DNA from: Armatimonadota bacterium
GTDB lineage: Bacteria; Armatimonadota; SYMT01
DNA: 64,000 nt
Assembly: GCA_041690135.1 (NCBI GenBank)
Contig: JAWLHY010000014.1
Location: forward strand, 78,150 to 142,149
Direction: 5' to 3'
This document shows, piece by piece, positions 28,963-38,919 of the stretch (within the stretch, counting starts at the first letter, position 1; the number at the start of each line of letters is the position of its first letter). A model generated the notes under the pieces. That model was not told the DNA's origin. It ran no database searches and worked only from the letters and a program-made list of their open reading frames with translations. The translations under genes and the position numbers were made by a program.

Positions 28963-29292
28963 GTAGGGTCGGCCCGCAGTCGCCGACCAGGATCTTGCTC
29001 CCGCACCTGTATTGCATACCGGTAGCAGCACCCGGCCACGTACATGTCTGCGCATCCGTCGTGCACCACGCGTCACCATCTCGAATCTCAACCGGCTTGG
29101 TCGCGCTGGTCCCGATCGCGTTGTGCAATGCCGACTGCCGTCAGGTTTGCATCCAGGATGCGCTGCGCGGTTGACCAACGGGTGCGAAACCATGCGCTGG
29201 GGAAGGGACAGCGACCGTTCCCCTACCTACCCCACGCCGAATTCACGGTGGGTCGACCGGTGCGGTAGCCGTTGCGGATCTGGACGCGTGAT
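28963..29292. repeat. GTAG-type REPIN/MITE-like element, copy 1 (copy 2 at 49592-49920)
   Basis: Starts GTAGGGTCGG..CGCCGACCAGGA; GGGAAGGGACAGCGACC.TTCCCCTAC ends 264 nt later; colinear similarity to copy 2. Confidence 0.8.
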
Positions 29293-29401
29293 ATCCATTC
29301 TGCCTACCCAGGCCCGGTAAACGCGTCGGAATCTCGGATGTGAAAAAGAGTGGCGCGCACCCCCACGGCGAACCGGGCGTTAAGAATTCAGGGTGCGGGG
29401 A

Positions 29402-29878
29402 ATGATCCACCATCAGCGGCAGTCACCGGGCAAACCGAATACGATCGAACCGTCGGTTGTGGGTCATACCGCCGAGACGGTGCCTTCCGCGGGCGCCCGG
29501 CTCGAAGCGGCCCGCCGGAATGACCGCGGCCGATGGGAAGCTCGTGCCAGCTATTTCCAGAAGCAGTTCCTGGCGTACAGTAACGAGCGGGGTGGGAGTC
29601 CCGTCCGGTTCTTTGGAACCCTTCTCCTGATTTCCGGTAGTTGCCTGGCGCTGTTTTCCTGGCTGATGGGTGTGGTCCGGGCATGGTATCCCGGTCCAGT
29701 GCTGGTCGGAAACCTCGCTAAGTACCTGTTTCTCCTCCAGTTGGGTCTGCTGGCCCTGGTGGCGGCCGGAATGGTCCTCAACCTTGGTGTGATGCTTGTG
29801 CTGATGGGTTATCACCGGCTGCGCCTCGGCCTCCTCCGCCACCAGGCGCGCCTGGAAGGCATCGATATTCCGGATTGA
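29402..29878 (+). CDS. Small two-TM membrane protein
   Basis: Two hydrophobic segments preceded by LEAARRNDRGRW. Confidence 0.6.
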   Translation: MIHHQRQSPGKPNTIEPSVVGHTAETVPSAGARLEAARRNDRGRWEARASYFQKQFLAYSNERGGSPVRFFGTLLLISGSCLALFSWLMGVVRAWYPGPVLVGNLAKYLFLLQLGLLALVAAGMVLNLGVMLVLMGYHRLRLGLLRHQARLEGIDIPD

Positions 29879-29978
29879 TCGGTGCGGCATCGCGCATCCG
29901 TCAGGCCCCGAACCTGCCCTGGTTCTCCCACGGATCGCTTAGTTGCGGTCCGGCAGCTTCCTGCGGCATACCTGAGGT

Positions 29979-30449
29979 GTGGAACAGCATCGCACGACGG
30001 AACACCGCATCAACCGAAGGCCGGCCGAGGACGCAGGCGCAACCCCCCGCAGCCGGGAAGTAGAGCTGGAGACCGCCCGCCACCGCGATGCCGCGTGGCG
30101 CCGGGAACGGAGCCGCCCGGTGCAGGAGCGTCTCGACACCGCCCTCCGGCGCCGCGCCAGGAGTGAGGGAGTCGTGCGCTGGGCCCTCTACTTCTTGCCG
30201 CGGGTCCTGATCGTCGAACTGTTCCTCGGGCTCCTTCCGGGGACGCTCTTCTGGAACGTGGGCGAGTCGCTTCCGCCGTTGCTCGGCATCACCATAGCCC
30301 TCTTCGCCGGTCTGATTGCCCTCGGCGCCGCTGTCCAACTCGCTCGGAACGCGGAGATCACGCTCCTCCTCGCTTGGGCCCGGCACCGCGAAATCCAGGT
30401 CACCCACCCCACTGCGCCTTCCGGCAGGGCAGTGAGAGGCCCTCGATGA
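29979..30449 (+). CDS. Small two-TM membrane protein, probable paralogue of 29402
   Basis: LETARHRDAAW followed by two hydrophobic segments; GAGG upstream of the GTG. Confidence 0.6.
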   Translation: MEQHRTTEHRINRRPAEDAGATPRSREVELETARHRDAAWRRERSRPVQERLDTALRRRARSEGVVRWALYFLPRVLIVELFLGLLPGTLFWNVGESLPPLLGITIALFAGLIALGAAVQLARNAEITLLLAWARHREIQVTHPTAPSGRAVRGPR

Positions 30450-30714
30450 ATGAAGCAGCAACAGTGCATGTCACCGATGGAAGGTCAGTCCATGCCGACT
30501 CAGGCTCGTGTCCGGGCCGGATCCCAAACCGCCTCCACGCCATGCGCATGTGAAGCGCCGCACCGAGGGGCTAGAGATGCCACTTATTCGTTCTTTCGCG
30601 TTTTCGCCCTTTCGCGATTTCGCGTTGGCCCGCGCAGCGTTCCCCACGGGCCTTCAAGTTCCAACCTGCAGCCTTCAACTTTGAACCTTCAACCGCTACT
30701 CCGCAGGAGAATGT

Positions 30715-31821
30715 ATGCCGGAAACCGAGACCCCTGAAATCGAGGAAGTCCAACGGCCCTCCGCCGAGGCGCTGTACGCGGGCGAGCTCTCCCGGCTCGC
30801 CGCGGCGGACCGCGACCTGCCGCGGCCGGGCGGGTGGCGCCTGACGCCGCAGTCGGTCCTCAAGTTCGTGCTGGGGGACGAGCGGCTCGAGATCACCCCC
30901 AAGTTCGTCGGCAGTCGCAGCCTGGTCGAGCGGTGCATCGTGGCGCTGGCGACCAACCGCGGCCTGATGCTTATCGGTGAGCCGGGGACGGCCAAGAGCT
31001 ACCTCAGCGAGCTGCTCTCCGCCGCGATCAGCAGCGACTCCACCCTCACCATCCAGGGCAGCGCGGGTACCACGGAAGACAACATCAAGTACTCCTGGAA
31101 CTACGCGCTGCTTCTCGCGGAAGGTCCCTCCGAGCGCTCTCTCGTGCCGGCCCCACTCTACAGCGGGATGAAGGCAGGGAAGATCGTCCGGTTCGAGGAG
31201 ATCACCCGCTGCCCCGTCGAGATCCAGGACACGCTCCTCTCCATCCTCAGCGAGCGCGTGATGCAGATCCCCGAACGTGAGGACGAGGGCCGCACCCTCT
31301 TCGCCCGGGTCGGCTTCAACGTGATCGCCACCGCGAACACCCGCGACCGGGGTGTCAACGAGATGAGCGCCGCCCTCAAGCGCCGTTTCAATTTCGAGAC
31401 CGTTCCGCCCATCGCCAACCTCAGCCACGAGATGGCGCTGGTCCAGCGAGAAACGGACCGCCTCCTGAAGCGCGCCGGGATCCCCGCGGCACTGAAGCCC
31501 GAGCTAACGGAGATTCTGGTCACCACCTTCCACGAGCTTCGGAACGGCAAGACCTCCGACGGAAAAGCCCTGGAGCCGCTCAGCACCGTGATGAGCACCG
31601 CCGAAGCGGTCTCTGTCGGCTATGCCGCGGGTGTCCACGCCTACTACTACGAGGGCGGCGAGGTCCGTCCCGAGCACCTCGTGCAGAGTCTCCTCGGCTC
31701 CGCCATCAAAGACACCCCAGAGGACCTGAAGAAGCTCCAGCACTACTTCAACCACGTGGTCAAGGACCGCCGCAAGGGGGCCTGGTCCGGCTACTATGAA
31801 GCCCGGAAGTACTTGCTGTAG
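30715..31821 (+). CDS. yehL: MoxR-family AAA+ ATPase, YehL subfamily
   Basis: Walker A GEPGTAKS; [19 protein letters not shown]; Walker B VRFEE; [22 protein letters not shown]. Confidence 0.9.
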   Translation: MPETETPEIEEVQRPSAEALYAGELSRLAAADRDLPRPGGWRLTPQSVLKFVLGDERLEITPKFVGSRSLVERCIVALATNRGLMLIGEPGTAKSYLSELLSAAISSDSTLTIQGSAGTTEDNIKYSWNYALLLAEGPSERSLVPAPLYSGMKAGKIVRFEEITRCPVEIQDTLLSILSERVMQIPEREDEGRTLFARVGFNVIATANTRDRGVNEMSAALKRRFNFETVPPIANLSHEMALVQRETDRLLKRAGIPAALKPELTEILVTTFHELRNGKTSDGKALEPLSTVMSTAEAVSVGYAAGVHAYYYEGGEVRPEHLVQSLLGSAIKDTPEDLKKLQHYFNHVVKDRRKGAWSGYYEARKYLL

Positions 31822-31871
31822 AGTGTTGCCGCCGCGATAATGGATCTGGGAAGGAGGAAAGGAGGAGCGGA

Positions 31872-32192
31872 ATGGCATTGACCTTGGAAGATTTAGCCGC
31901 GCGTGTAGATCGGATGGAGCGAGAACTGGATGAGATCAAGGCTCGCTCAGAGCAACTGCGCAGTGGTCGTGAAACTCATCGTCTACCTCGCGGTTGGAAA
32001 CTTATCACCGCCGAAGAGCGACAGGCTTTCAGTACCACACTGAAGGAGATTGTCGCAGAGATGGGCGGAGGCGATGTGCAGCCCGTCGATCCCAAAGAGC
32101 TTCGCGAGAGGATACGGGAGCATCTACGCGCGCAGGGGCTGGAAGAGAGGAACTGGTTCAGCCGGACCATCCGTGAGATGCGTGAGGAGTGA
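31872..32192 (+). CDS. Putative antitoxin
   Basis: 106 aa; strong RBS; FSRTIREMREE tail typical of VapB-like partners; abuts the PIN gene; TTGCTG-N17-GATAAT upstream. Confidence 0.65.
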   Translation: MALTLEDLAARVDRMERELDEIKARSEQLRSGRETHRLPRGWKLITAEERQAFSTTLKEIVAEMGGGDVQPVDPKELRERIREHLRAQGLEERNWFSRTIREMREE

Positions 32193-32193
32193 A

Positions 32194-32691
32194 GTGGTCC
32201 AGGTACTCTGGGATACCAGCGCGCTCATCAAGCGCTTCCTACCGGAGCCCGGCGATGTGCTGGTCGATCGGATTTTTGCGCATGTCCCTATCGATCAGAT
32301 GAGTGCCGTGTCGCTCACGATGGGCGAACTCGTTTCCGTCGTGGTTCGAGCGATGAACGCTGGCCGTCTGCGCCGGAACGAAGCGACGGCCACGCTGCAA
32401 GGCATGGACCAGAGTATTGTCAATCATCCGAGCTTCGGCTGGATTGAGTGTGACGCCGAAGATATCCGGCGCTCATTGCCGTTGATCGTTCGCCATTCCG
32501 TCAACGGTACGGATGCGCTGGTGTTGTGGACCGGGATGAATACAGTTCCCTGGCTCCAAACGGCAGGTAGTCCCGTTATCTTGGTTGCCTCTGATGTGCG
32601 CCTGGTACGTGCCGCGCGGAAGGAAGGTTTGACCGTATTCAACCCGGAGACCGACACCGAAGCCCAGCTCGACGCACTGCTTGCGGGGTAA
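32194..32691 (+). CDS. vapC: PIN-domain (VapC) toxin
   Basis: LWDTSALIKRFLPEPG, GEL, GTDAL and ASDVRLVRAARKEGL (PIN acidic tetrad). Confidence 0.88.
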   Translation: MVQVLWDTSALIKRFLPEPGDVLVDRIFAHVPIDQMSAVSLTMGELVSVVVRAMNAGRLRRNEATATLQGMDQSIVNHPSFGWIECDAEDIRRSLPLIVRHSVNGTDALVLWTGMNTVPWLQTAGSPVILVASDVRLVRAARKEGLTVFNPETDTEAQLDALLAG

Positions 32692-32700
32692 TGTAGTCCG

Positions 32701-35700
32701 ATGCGCGATCCGGCCTCGGATGAATCCTATTGTGCCGTCCGGGGCGACGTTTCCGGGCGGCGGAAGCGGGGCCGCAGCGTGCTCACGGTGCGAATGCTGG
32801 TCGCGCGCGTGGCGTGGCTGGACGGGCTGTTGTATTGGGAAGAGGGGCGGGTGGTCTGGGATAACGGCGACCGCCACCTGGCGCCCCGACCCGCCGACCT
32901 GGCCCGTACCCAGCGGGTCTTGAACCGCCTGGAGGGTTTTCCGGTTTCCGCCCGGATCGCCCTGGGCGATAGCGCGGCGTGGCAGCGGGAACGGCGAGGC
33001 CGCCTGGAGCTGGCCAAACGCCTCGTCAATCTCCAGGAGCCGGACCTGCCTTCCCTGGTGAACCCGCGCCGCCTGCGAGAAGCGGGTACCGTGGGGCGTT
33101 TCGTCGCGATGCTGGAGGCGGAGGCCCTTTGCCTGAACTCCCTGCCGCATTCCCCCGCTACGGTCTTGCTGCAGTGCGGCCCGGCGGCCGAAGCACCGGT
33201 CACCGCTCTCATCCGGGACGAAAAAGTACCGCTTCCGGCCCGCTGCCTGGCTGCCCTGGTGCTGGGTGCGCTCCACCGGGCACGACCCGAGCGTGCTCCC
33301 GGAGAGGACGAGATCCGGCCGGCCGAGAGTCTTCCCACCCTGCGGCGGGCCTACCGGTGGGGGAGGGCGCATGGTCTCCCTCGTGAGCCGGCTCTGGCGG
33401 TGGGACTGCTGGTCGAGGAGCAGGGGAAAGGGTGGCTCCGCCGGGCCCTCCAGGCCCTCGAATCCCGTTCCATTCTGGGGTTGCCCGTGGAGTTGATCCG
33501 CGAGCTGCTCGCCCGGGGAGAGCCGGCGGAGCGGGTGGTCCGGCTGATGGAAGTCGCCGCCGGCACGGAGCGGCTGTCGGACCGCCTGCTGCATCAGCCC
33601 GTTGTCGCAGACCCCGAGTCGCCGTTCCTCACCGTCACCAACGCGGAGAGCCGCCGGGAAGCGGCCCTGCATCTGGCCGCGCTCCTGCACGAATGGATGC
33701 GGGAGACCCCCGATCCGGAGTTGCTGGCGAGCGCGACTCGGTGGATGGGGCGCATGCTGGACCTCTGCCCCCTCTTCCCGGCCCTCACGGAGATGATCCA
33801 CCGGGTGCTCCGTGCCGCTCGGGAACTGTCGCCGGAGCTGCGGGTGGCGTACTTACACCTGCTGGAAGAGAACCATCGGCGCCTCTGGCAGCGAGAGGAG
33901 ATGATACCGGGCTTCCCCCAGAAGCGTCCGGAGCGAGGCTTCACCTGGCTGGCCGGCATCCTGGAACGTGCCTGGTCCGAGCGGGTTCTCCTCATGCTCA
34001 AGCTGCTGCGGGCCGCGCGGTCAGCGGAGGTCGTGCAGGAAGCCCTGGACCGTGAGATCGACGGCATTCTCGCCCGGTACGAGTGGGCCACTCCGGAGCT
34101 GCTGACGCTGGCGGTAGAGATCGCGCGCGACGTGGACACGCGCGAGGCGCGGTACGTCTGGCACAGCCTCCACCCGCTGCTCCACCGTTTTCCGGATGCC
34201 CGGACTGCCCGCCGGTCGCTTTTACCCCTGCTGGAGGTTTTGCGCCCGCGCCCGGAGAATGTTCGGGAACACTTTCTCTTTGCGGTGGCGGATGGCGTGC
34301 TGGACCGGCGCAAAACCCTGGTGGACGATCTGGGCCGCCTCACTGGCTTCCTCCCCCGCTACCTCGCCTGGGACGATGCGGATCGTCAGTCCAACTGCCT
34401 CTGCGATGAAGTGATGGTCGTGGCTCGCGAGCTCTATGCGGCACTACCCGAGCACGCTGATGTCTGGCTGGATCGCCTCCTGGGGCTCATGGCGGAGCGT
34501 GCGCGGCGGGAAGAGCGCACCTGGGCGGAGGTTGGTGCCTTCAAGCATGGCTCTCTTCTGGGGCTGGCCGTCGCGGAGGGGGATGAGGGGGTCTTTCTCG
34601 CGACGGTCCGGGCCGCGCTCGACCACGGGCGGCAGCTCGATTGGCAGCCGCTGGAGAAGGTCCGAGGCGAGTTGGCCCGGTTCCCGTGGCTCCGCGAGAT
34701 GGTGGCTCGGCTCTTCCCGCTACGGACCGGCGCCTGCGCGCGGCTGTTGACCACCATCGGGCGGATCACTGCCTTCGGGCCGGGCTCCCTGTCCGCCCTG
34801 GAGCGGCTCAATGACACGGGAGACGATGCGACCGACCTCTCCCCCTCGGAAACGGCGAAATGGTCCGCGCTGCTCGATCTCGCGCCGGACCTGGCGCCGC
34901 AGGTCCGGGCCTACCGGAAAGCACGGGAAATCCGGGGCGAGAGTTGCTCGGTACCTGGCGGAGTACGTCGTGCCCTGGAGCTTCCCGAGCGCCTCCGGCG
35001 GGAGCTGGCACACCTGGAGCGGCGGTCGCAGGAGATCCCGGCCTCCCCGGAACTGACGACCCGCCTCGACAACCTCCGGAAGCGTCTGGCGGACCCGCGG
35101 AACCTCCGGTCGCAGGTGCGGACCGAGGTGGAAGAACGGCTCGTCATCGCGGTCGCGGAAGCGCGGTTGGCGGCGGGAGAGAGGCTGCTCGACGAACTCC
35201 TCCGCGCCCGTCTGGAGCAACTGGTCGGTCCGCAGCCGCCGGATTTTGTGTTGAACGAGGACCTGCGGAACGCCGCGCACCTCACGGTGGATGTCGAACG
35301 CAACCGGAAGCTTTTACGCCGCCTGCTGCGGGCGCACTTTTCAGGGGATGCCGGCTGGCGCGAGGCTCACCCCGGTAACGCCACCTTTCTGAAAGCCCTG
35401 GAGCAACAGGGAATCCGTGGCGAGAGTTGGCTGGGACGGCATCCCCGCACGTTTCGCTGGAGCGCCGCGCCCGGCGGGCGGGTGCGCCTGTGGTTGGAGA
35501 CCGATCCCCTCCGGATCCTTCAGATGGGCAACTACTTCGACACCTGCCTGAGCCTGGGGAACGGCAACTCGTTCTCCACGGTCGCCAATGCCTGCGAGCT
35601 GAACAAGCGGGTGATCTACGCCGCGGACGGCAAGGGCCGCATCGTCGGTCGCAAGCTGATCGCCATCAACGATGCGGGTCAGTTGGTGGGCTTCCGGACC

Positions 35701-35907
35701 TACACTTCGCTTGCCGACACCGAGCAGAACCGGCACCTCGGCCGCCTCTTCCGCCGCTACGTCGAGGACTTCGCCGCCGGCTGCGGCCTCGAACTGGGCG
35801 ACCGGGGGCCAGTCCTCCGCCTCTTCGCCGAAGACTGGTACGATGACGGCATCATCAGCTGGGACGAGGAGGAACAGTTGAAGGATGAAGGGCCTTCGGC
35901 CCGATGA
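32701..35907 (+). CDS. Large hypothetical protein (helical body; conserved-looking C-terminal domain)
   Basis: 1068-aa ORF; C-terminal ETDPLRILQMGNYFDTCLS...NKRVIYA...GRKLIAI; start uncertain. Confidence 0.8.
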   Translation: MRDPASDESYCAVRGDVSGRRKRGRSVLTVRMLVARVAWLDGLLYWEEGRVVWDNGDRHLAPRPADLARTQRVLNRLEGFPVSARIALGDSAAWQRERRGRLELAKRLVNLQEPDLPSLVNPRRLREAGTVGRFVAMLEAEALCLNSLPHSPATVLLQCGPAAEAPVTALIRDEKVPLPARCLAALVLGALHRARPERAPGEDEIRPAESLPTLRRAYRWGRAHGLPREPALAVGLLVEEQGKGWLRRALQALESRSILGLPVELIRELLARGEPAERVVRLMEVAAGTERLSDRLLHQPVVADPESPFLTVTNAESRREAALHLAALLHEWMRETPDPELLASATRWMGRMLDLCPLFPALTEMIHRVLRAARELSPELRVAYLHLLEENHRRLWQREEMIPGFPQKRPERGFTWLAGILERAWSERVLLMLKLLRAARSAEVVQEALDREIDGILARYEWATPELLTLAVEIARDVDTREARYVWHSLHPLLHRFPDARTARRSLLPLLEVLRPRPENVREHFLFAVADGVLDRRKTLVDDLGRLTGFLPRYLAWDDADRQSNCLCDEVMVVARELYAALPEHADVWLDRLLGLMAERARREERTWAEVGAFKHGSLLGLAVAEGDEGVFLATVRAALDHGRQLDWQPLEKVRGELARFPWLREMVARLFPLRTGACARLLTTIGRITAFGPGSLSALERLNDTGDDATDLSPSETAKWSALLDLAPDLAPQVRAYRKAREIRGESCSVPGGVRRALELPERLRRELAHLERRSQEIPASPELTTRLDNLRKRLADPRNLRSQVRTEVEERLVIAVAEARLAAGERLLDELLRARLEQLVGPQPPDFVLNEDLRNAAHLTVDVERNRKLLRRLLRAHFSGDAGWREAHPGNATFLKALEQQGIRGESWLGRHPRTFRWSAAPGGRVRLWLETDPLRILQMGNYFDTCLSLGNGNSFSTVANACELNKRVIYAADGKGRIVGRKLIAINDAGQLVGFRTYTSLADTEQNRHLGRLFRRYVEDFAAGCGLELGDRGPVLRLFAEDWYDDGIISWDEEEQLKDEGPSAR

Positions 35908-36142
35908 AGATGAAGATGAGAATTAGGATCCAGCGCAAGAACGGGTGCCCTGATCAGGAGGCGGGGTCGATAAGGATAAAGATAATGAGTGCCGGTCCAG
36001 GATGGGTGCCCTGACCAGGGGCGAGCGGATGAGGACGAGGATAGGGACAATGAATTCCGCGTAAGGACGGCTTCCTTGATCGGGGGGCGGAGTGGATAAG
36101 GATAAGGACCCCGAGTAAGGACGACTTCCCTGACCAGGGGGA
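35903..36142. repeat. Four-unit degenerate array (54-65 nt period)
   Basis: Cores CC(C/T)TGA(T/C)C(A/G)GG at 35948, 36009, 36074 and 36128, each unit led by GAT(A/G)A(A/G) hexamers. Confidence 0.75.
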
Positions 36143-36396
36143 TGGCCACGTCGCTTACGGGTACCGGTTCAGAAGACTTGCTGCTTCGACTGGGAGCTCA
36201 TCTGACTCGAAGAAGATGCTTCTGACCTCTCGCTCCTCGCCATGACGAGCGTGGACAACGCCTGAATGCCCAATGCCCAACGCCCAAATGCCTTACTGCC
36301 TGAAAGCCGAACGCCTGAACACCTGACGACCTGAACACCCTCCCATCTTTCCCATCTGCGTCATCTGTGGACTCCGCCTGACCGCCTGAATGCCCA

Positions 36397-38919
36397 ATGC
36401 CTGATCGTCTCTTCTTCTTCCCCGTGCGCCATCACAGTCCCGCGTGCGCGCGGATGGTGCGGCGCGTGGCGGAGCAGGTAGGGCCGGACGCGGTGTTGAT
36501 CGAGGGCCCCTCCGATTTCAACGAGCGGATCTCGGAGCTGTTCCTGCCTCATCGGCTGCCCATCGCCATCTACAGCTACTTCCACGCGGAGGGTGGGCTG
36601 CGCCGGGGCGCCTACTATCCCTTCTGCGTCTACTCCCCGGAGTGGCAGGCGATCGAAGCGGCCCGGGAACTGGGAGCGGCGGTTCGGTTTATCGATCTGC
36701 CCTGGGCCGAGATGGCCTGTGAGGAGACCCCGAGCCACCGCTACGCGGACGGCGAGCTTCGCTACAGCGATTACATCGCCTCCCTCTGCAGCCGCCTGGG
36801 CGTGGACGACTTCGACGCCGTGTGGGACCTCCTCTTCGAGATCGATCCCGATCCGCCGCTGGAAGAGTTCCTGGACCGCCTCGACCACTTCTGCCGCCAC
36901 GCCCGCGAGGTCGACCGCCACGTTCCGCCCCTCGACCTTCGCCGCGAAGCCTTCATGGCGGAGCAGATCCGCCAGGCGCTGGAAGAATTCCCCGGCCGCC
37001 TCCTCATCGTCACCGGCGGCTTCCACACCAGCGCCCTCCGGGAGAGAGTGGGTAGTGGGCAGTGGGCAGAAGGCAGTGAGCTGGATGCAGAAGGCAGAAG
37101 GCAGAAGGCAGTGGGCAGTGGGGAGAAGGTTGAAGGCAGTGAGCAGAAGGCAGAAGGCAGAAGGCAGGGGGCAGAAGGCAGCGGCCCAATGCCTAACGCC
37201 CAATGCCCAACGCCTGAATCCCGAACACCCGAACATTTACCCCCCACAGGGGGGCCCGACCACCTGACCACCCGAACACCCGACCACCCGAACACCCAAA
37301 CACCTGAAGGCCTGATTCGTGGCATTTCCCTCACCCCGTATTCCTACCAGCGCCTGGACAGCATGGCGGGGTACGAGTCCGGAATGCCCAGCCCGGGGTT
37401 CTATCACCACGTGTGGGAGAACCGCTCCGGGAAAGCCGGGGGCGCCGCGTACCGGCCACTGCTCGCGCAGGTGGTCCGCGACCTCCGCAAACGCGGGCAG
37501 ATGTTCAGCGCCGCCGATCTGATCGCGGTCGAGACCACCGCCCGGGGCCTGGCGTTGCTGCGGGGTCACGACGAGGTGTGGCGGCGCGATCTGGTGGACG
37601 GCATCATTGGGGGACTGGTCAAGGAAGAGCTGGAGCACGGTGTCCTTCATCCCTTCCTCGCAGCCGTTTTCGAGGTGTTTCGTGGCAGTGAGCGTGGCGA
37701 ATTGGCGGAAGGTACCGCGCTGCCGCCCCTCGTCCAGGAGCTCAAGCGCCTCCTGCGAGACTTCGACCTGGAGCCGGAGATCCGGGAGAAGCGCCTGACG
37801 CTGGAATTGACGGAGACGGCCGACCGGGAGCGAAGCCGTTTCCTGCACCGCCTCCGGGGTCTCGGCATTCCTGGATTCGTGCGCACGGGAGGGACCGACT
37901 TCTCCCGGCGCGACGACCTCTCGCGGGTCTGGGAGGGCTGGATCGTCCGGTGGGCGCCGGAGTTCGAGGCCGGTTGCATCGAGGCCTCGATTTACGGTCC
38001 TACGCTGGAGGAAGCCACGGCGGCGCGTCTTCTCGAGCGGGCCGGCGCCATCGAGCGGGATGCCGAGCGCGCCGCCCTCCTGCTCCTGGATGCGGCGCTG
38101 ATGGGGGCGGCGGACCTCGCGGTGGATTTCCACCTCCGGCTGGCCGAGCTGATCCACGCGGACAGCGACTTCTTTAGCCTCACCCGCGCCCTCGGGCACC
38201 TGCTTTATCTGTACCAGTTCGACGAGGCCCTCGGAACCGCCGGGAACCGCAGCCTGGGGGATCTCCTCCGAGAAGGCTTCACCCGGGGGGTGTGGCTGCT
38301 GGAGGCGCTCGGCCGGGTCCAGGGCATGGAGGTCGACCTGCTCAAGGGCATGCGCGCCTTGCTGGAGACCTACGAACGGGCCGGCGTGCTGCTCGACCTG
38401 AACGGCGAGGAGTTCGTCGAGGTGCTCCACCGGGTCGGGGCCGACCGCTCCCAGAGCCCCCTCATGCAGGGGGCGGCGGCAGGGGCGCTCTGGACGCTCC
38501 GGGCGGCGGACACGGATCGGGTCCTGGAGAGCATGCGGTACTGCTCCGAGCCCTCCCGGCTGGGCGACTTCCTCACGGGTCTGTTCTACCTCGCCCGGGA
38601 AACGGCCCAGCGCCATCCGGAGCTGGTCACCAGCGTGGATACGCTCCTCACGGGCTACGCGGACGAGGCATTCCTGGAAGCCCTGCCCGCCCTTCGCCTC
38701 GCCTTTTCGTACTTCACCCCCCGCGAAAAGCACCACATGGCGCGCACCCTGCTGCAGGCGCTCGGTATCGAGGAGGCCCAGGCGGCGCTGCCGGAACTGG
38801 AGGTCACCGCCGACGTCGCGGCCCTGGTCCTGGCTGCCGAGACTCGCCTCTTCCGTACCGTTGAACGCTATGGGCTCCGACCGCACGGGGTGAAATCAGG
38901 AGGTCAGGTAGATGGATGA
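36397..38919 (+). CDS. DUF5682 family protein (YehM-like)
   Basis: [39 protein letters not shown] and [17 protein letters not shown] motifs. Confidence 0.9.
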   Translation: MPDRLFFFPVRHHSPACARMVRRVAEQVGPDAVLIEGPSDFNERISELFLPHRLPIAIYSYFHAEGGLRRGAYYPFCVYSPEWQAIEAARELGAAVRFIDLPWAEMACEETPSHRYADGELRYSDYIASLCSRLGVDDFDAVWDLLFEIDPDPPLEEFLDRLDHFCRHAREVDRHVPPLDLRREAFMAEQIRQALEEFPGRLLIVTGGFHTSALRERVGSGQWAEGSELDAEGRRQKAVGSGEKVEGSEQKAEGRRQGAEGSGPMPNAQCPTPESRTPEHLPPTGGPDHLTTRTPDHPNTQTPEGLIRGISLTPYSYQRLDSMAGYESGMPSPGFYHHVWENRSGKAGGAAYRPLLAQVVRDLRKRGQMFSAADLIAVETTARGLALLRGHDEVWRRDLVDGIIGGLVKEELEHGVLHPFLAAVFEVFRGSERGELAEGTALPPLVQELKRLLRDFDLEPEIREKRLTLELTETADRERSRFLHRLRGLGIPGFVRTGGTDFSRRDDLSRVWEGWIVRWAPEFEAGCIEASIYGPTLEEATAARLLERAGAIERDAERAALLLLDAALMGAADLAVDFHLRLAELIHADSDFFSLTRALGHLLYLYQFDEALGTAGNRSLGDLLREGFTRGVWLLEALGRVQGMEVDLLKGMRALLETYERAGVLLDLNGEEFVEVLHRVGADRSQSPLMQGAAAGALWTLRAADTDRVLESMRYCSEPSRLGDFLTGLFYLARETAQRHPELVTSVDTLLTGYADEAFLEALPALRLAFSYFTPREKHHMARTLLQALGIEEAQAALPELEVTADVAALVLAAETRLFRTVERYGLRPHGVKSGGQVDG
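37046..37310 (+). repeat. In-frame repeat mosaic inside the DUF5682 gene
   Basis: GGGCAGT and (GCAGAAG)3 heptamers (37087, 37143); TGCCCAA; CCGAACAC octamers; C6-ACA-G6 palindrome shared with 22057-22105. Confidence 0.9.

Noticed and set aside
35903-36142. CRISPR array
   Set aside because: Repeats are degenerate, the spacers are themselves hexamer repeats of uneven length, and there are no cas genes; kept only as an unexplained array.
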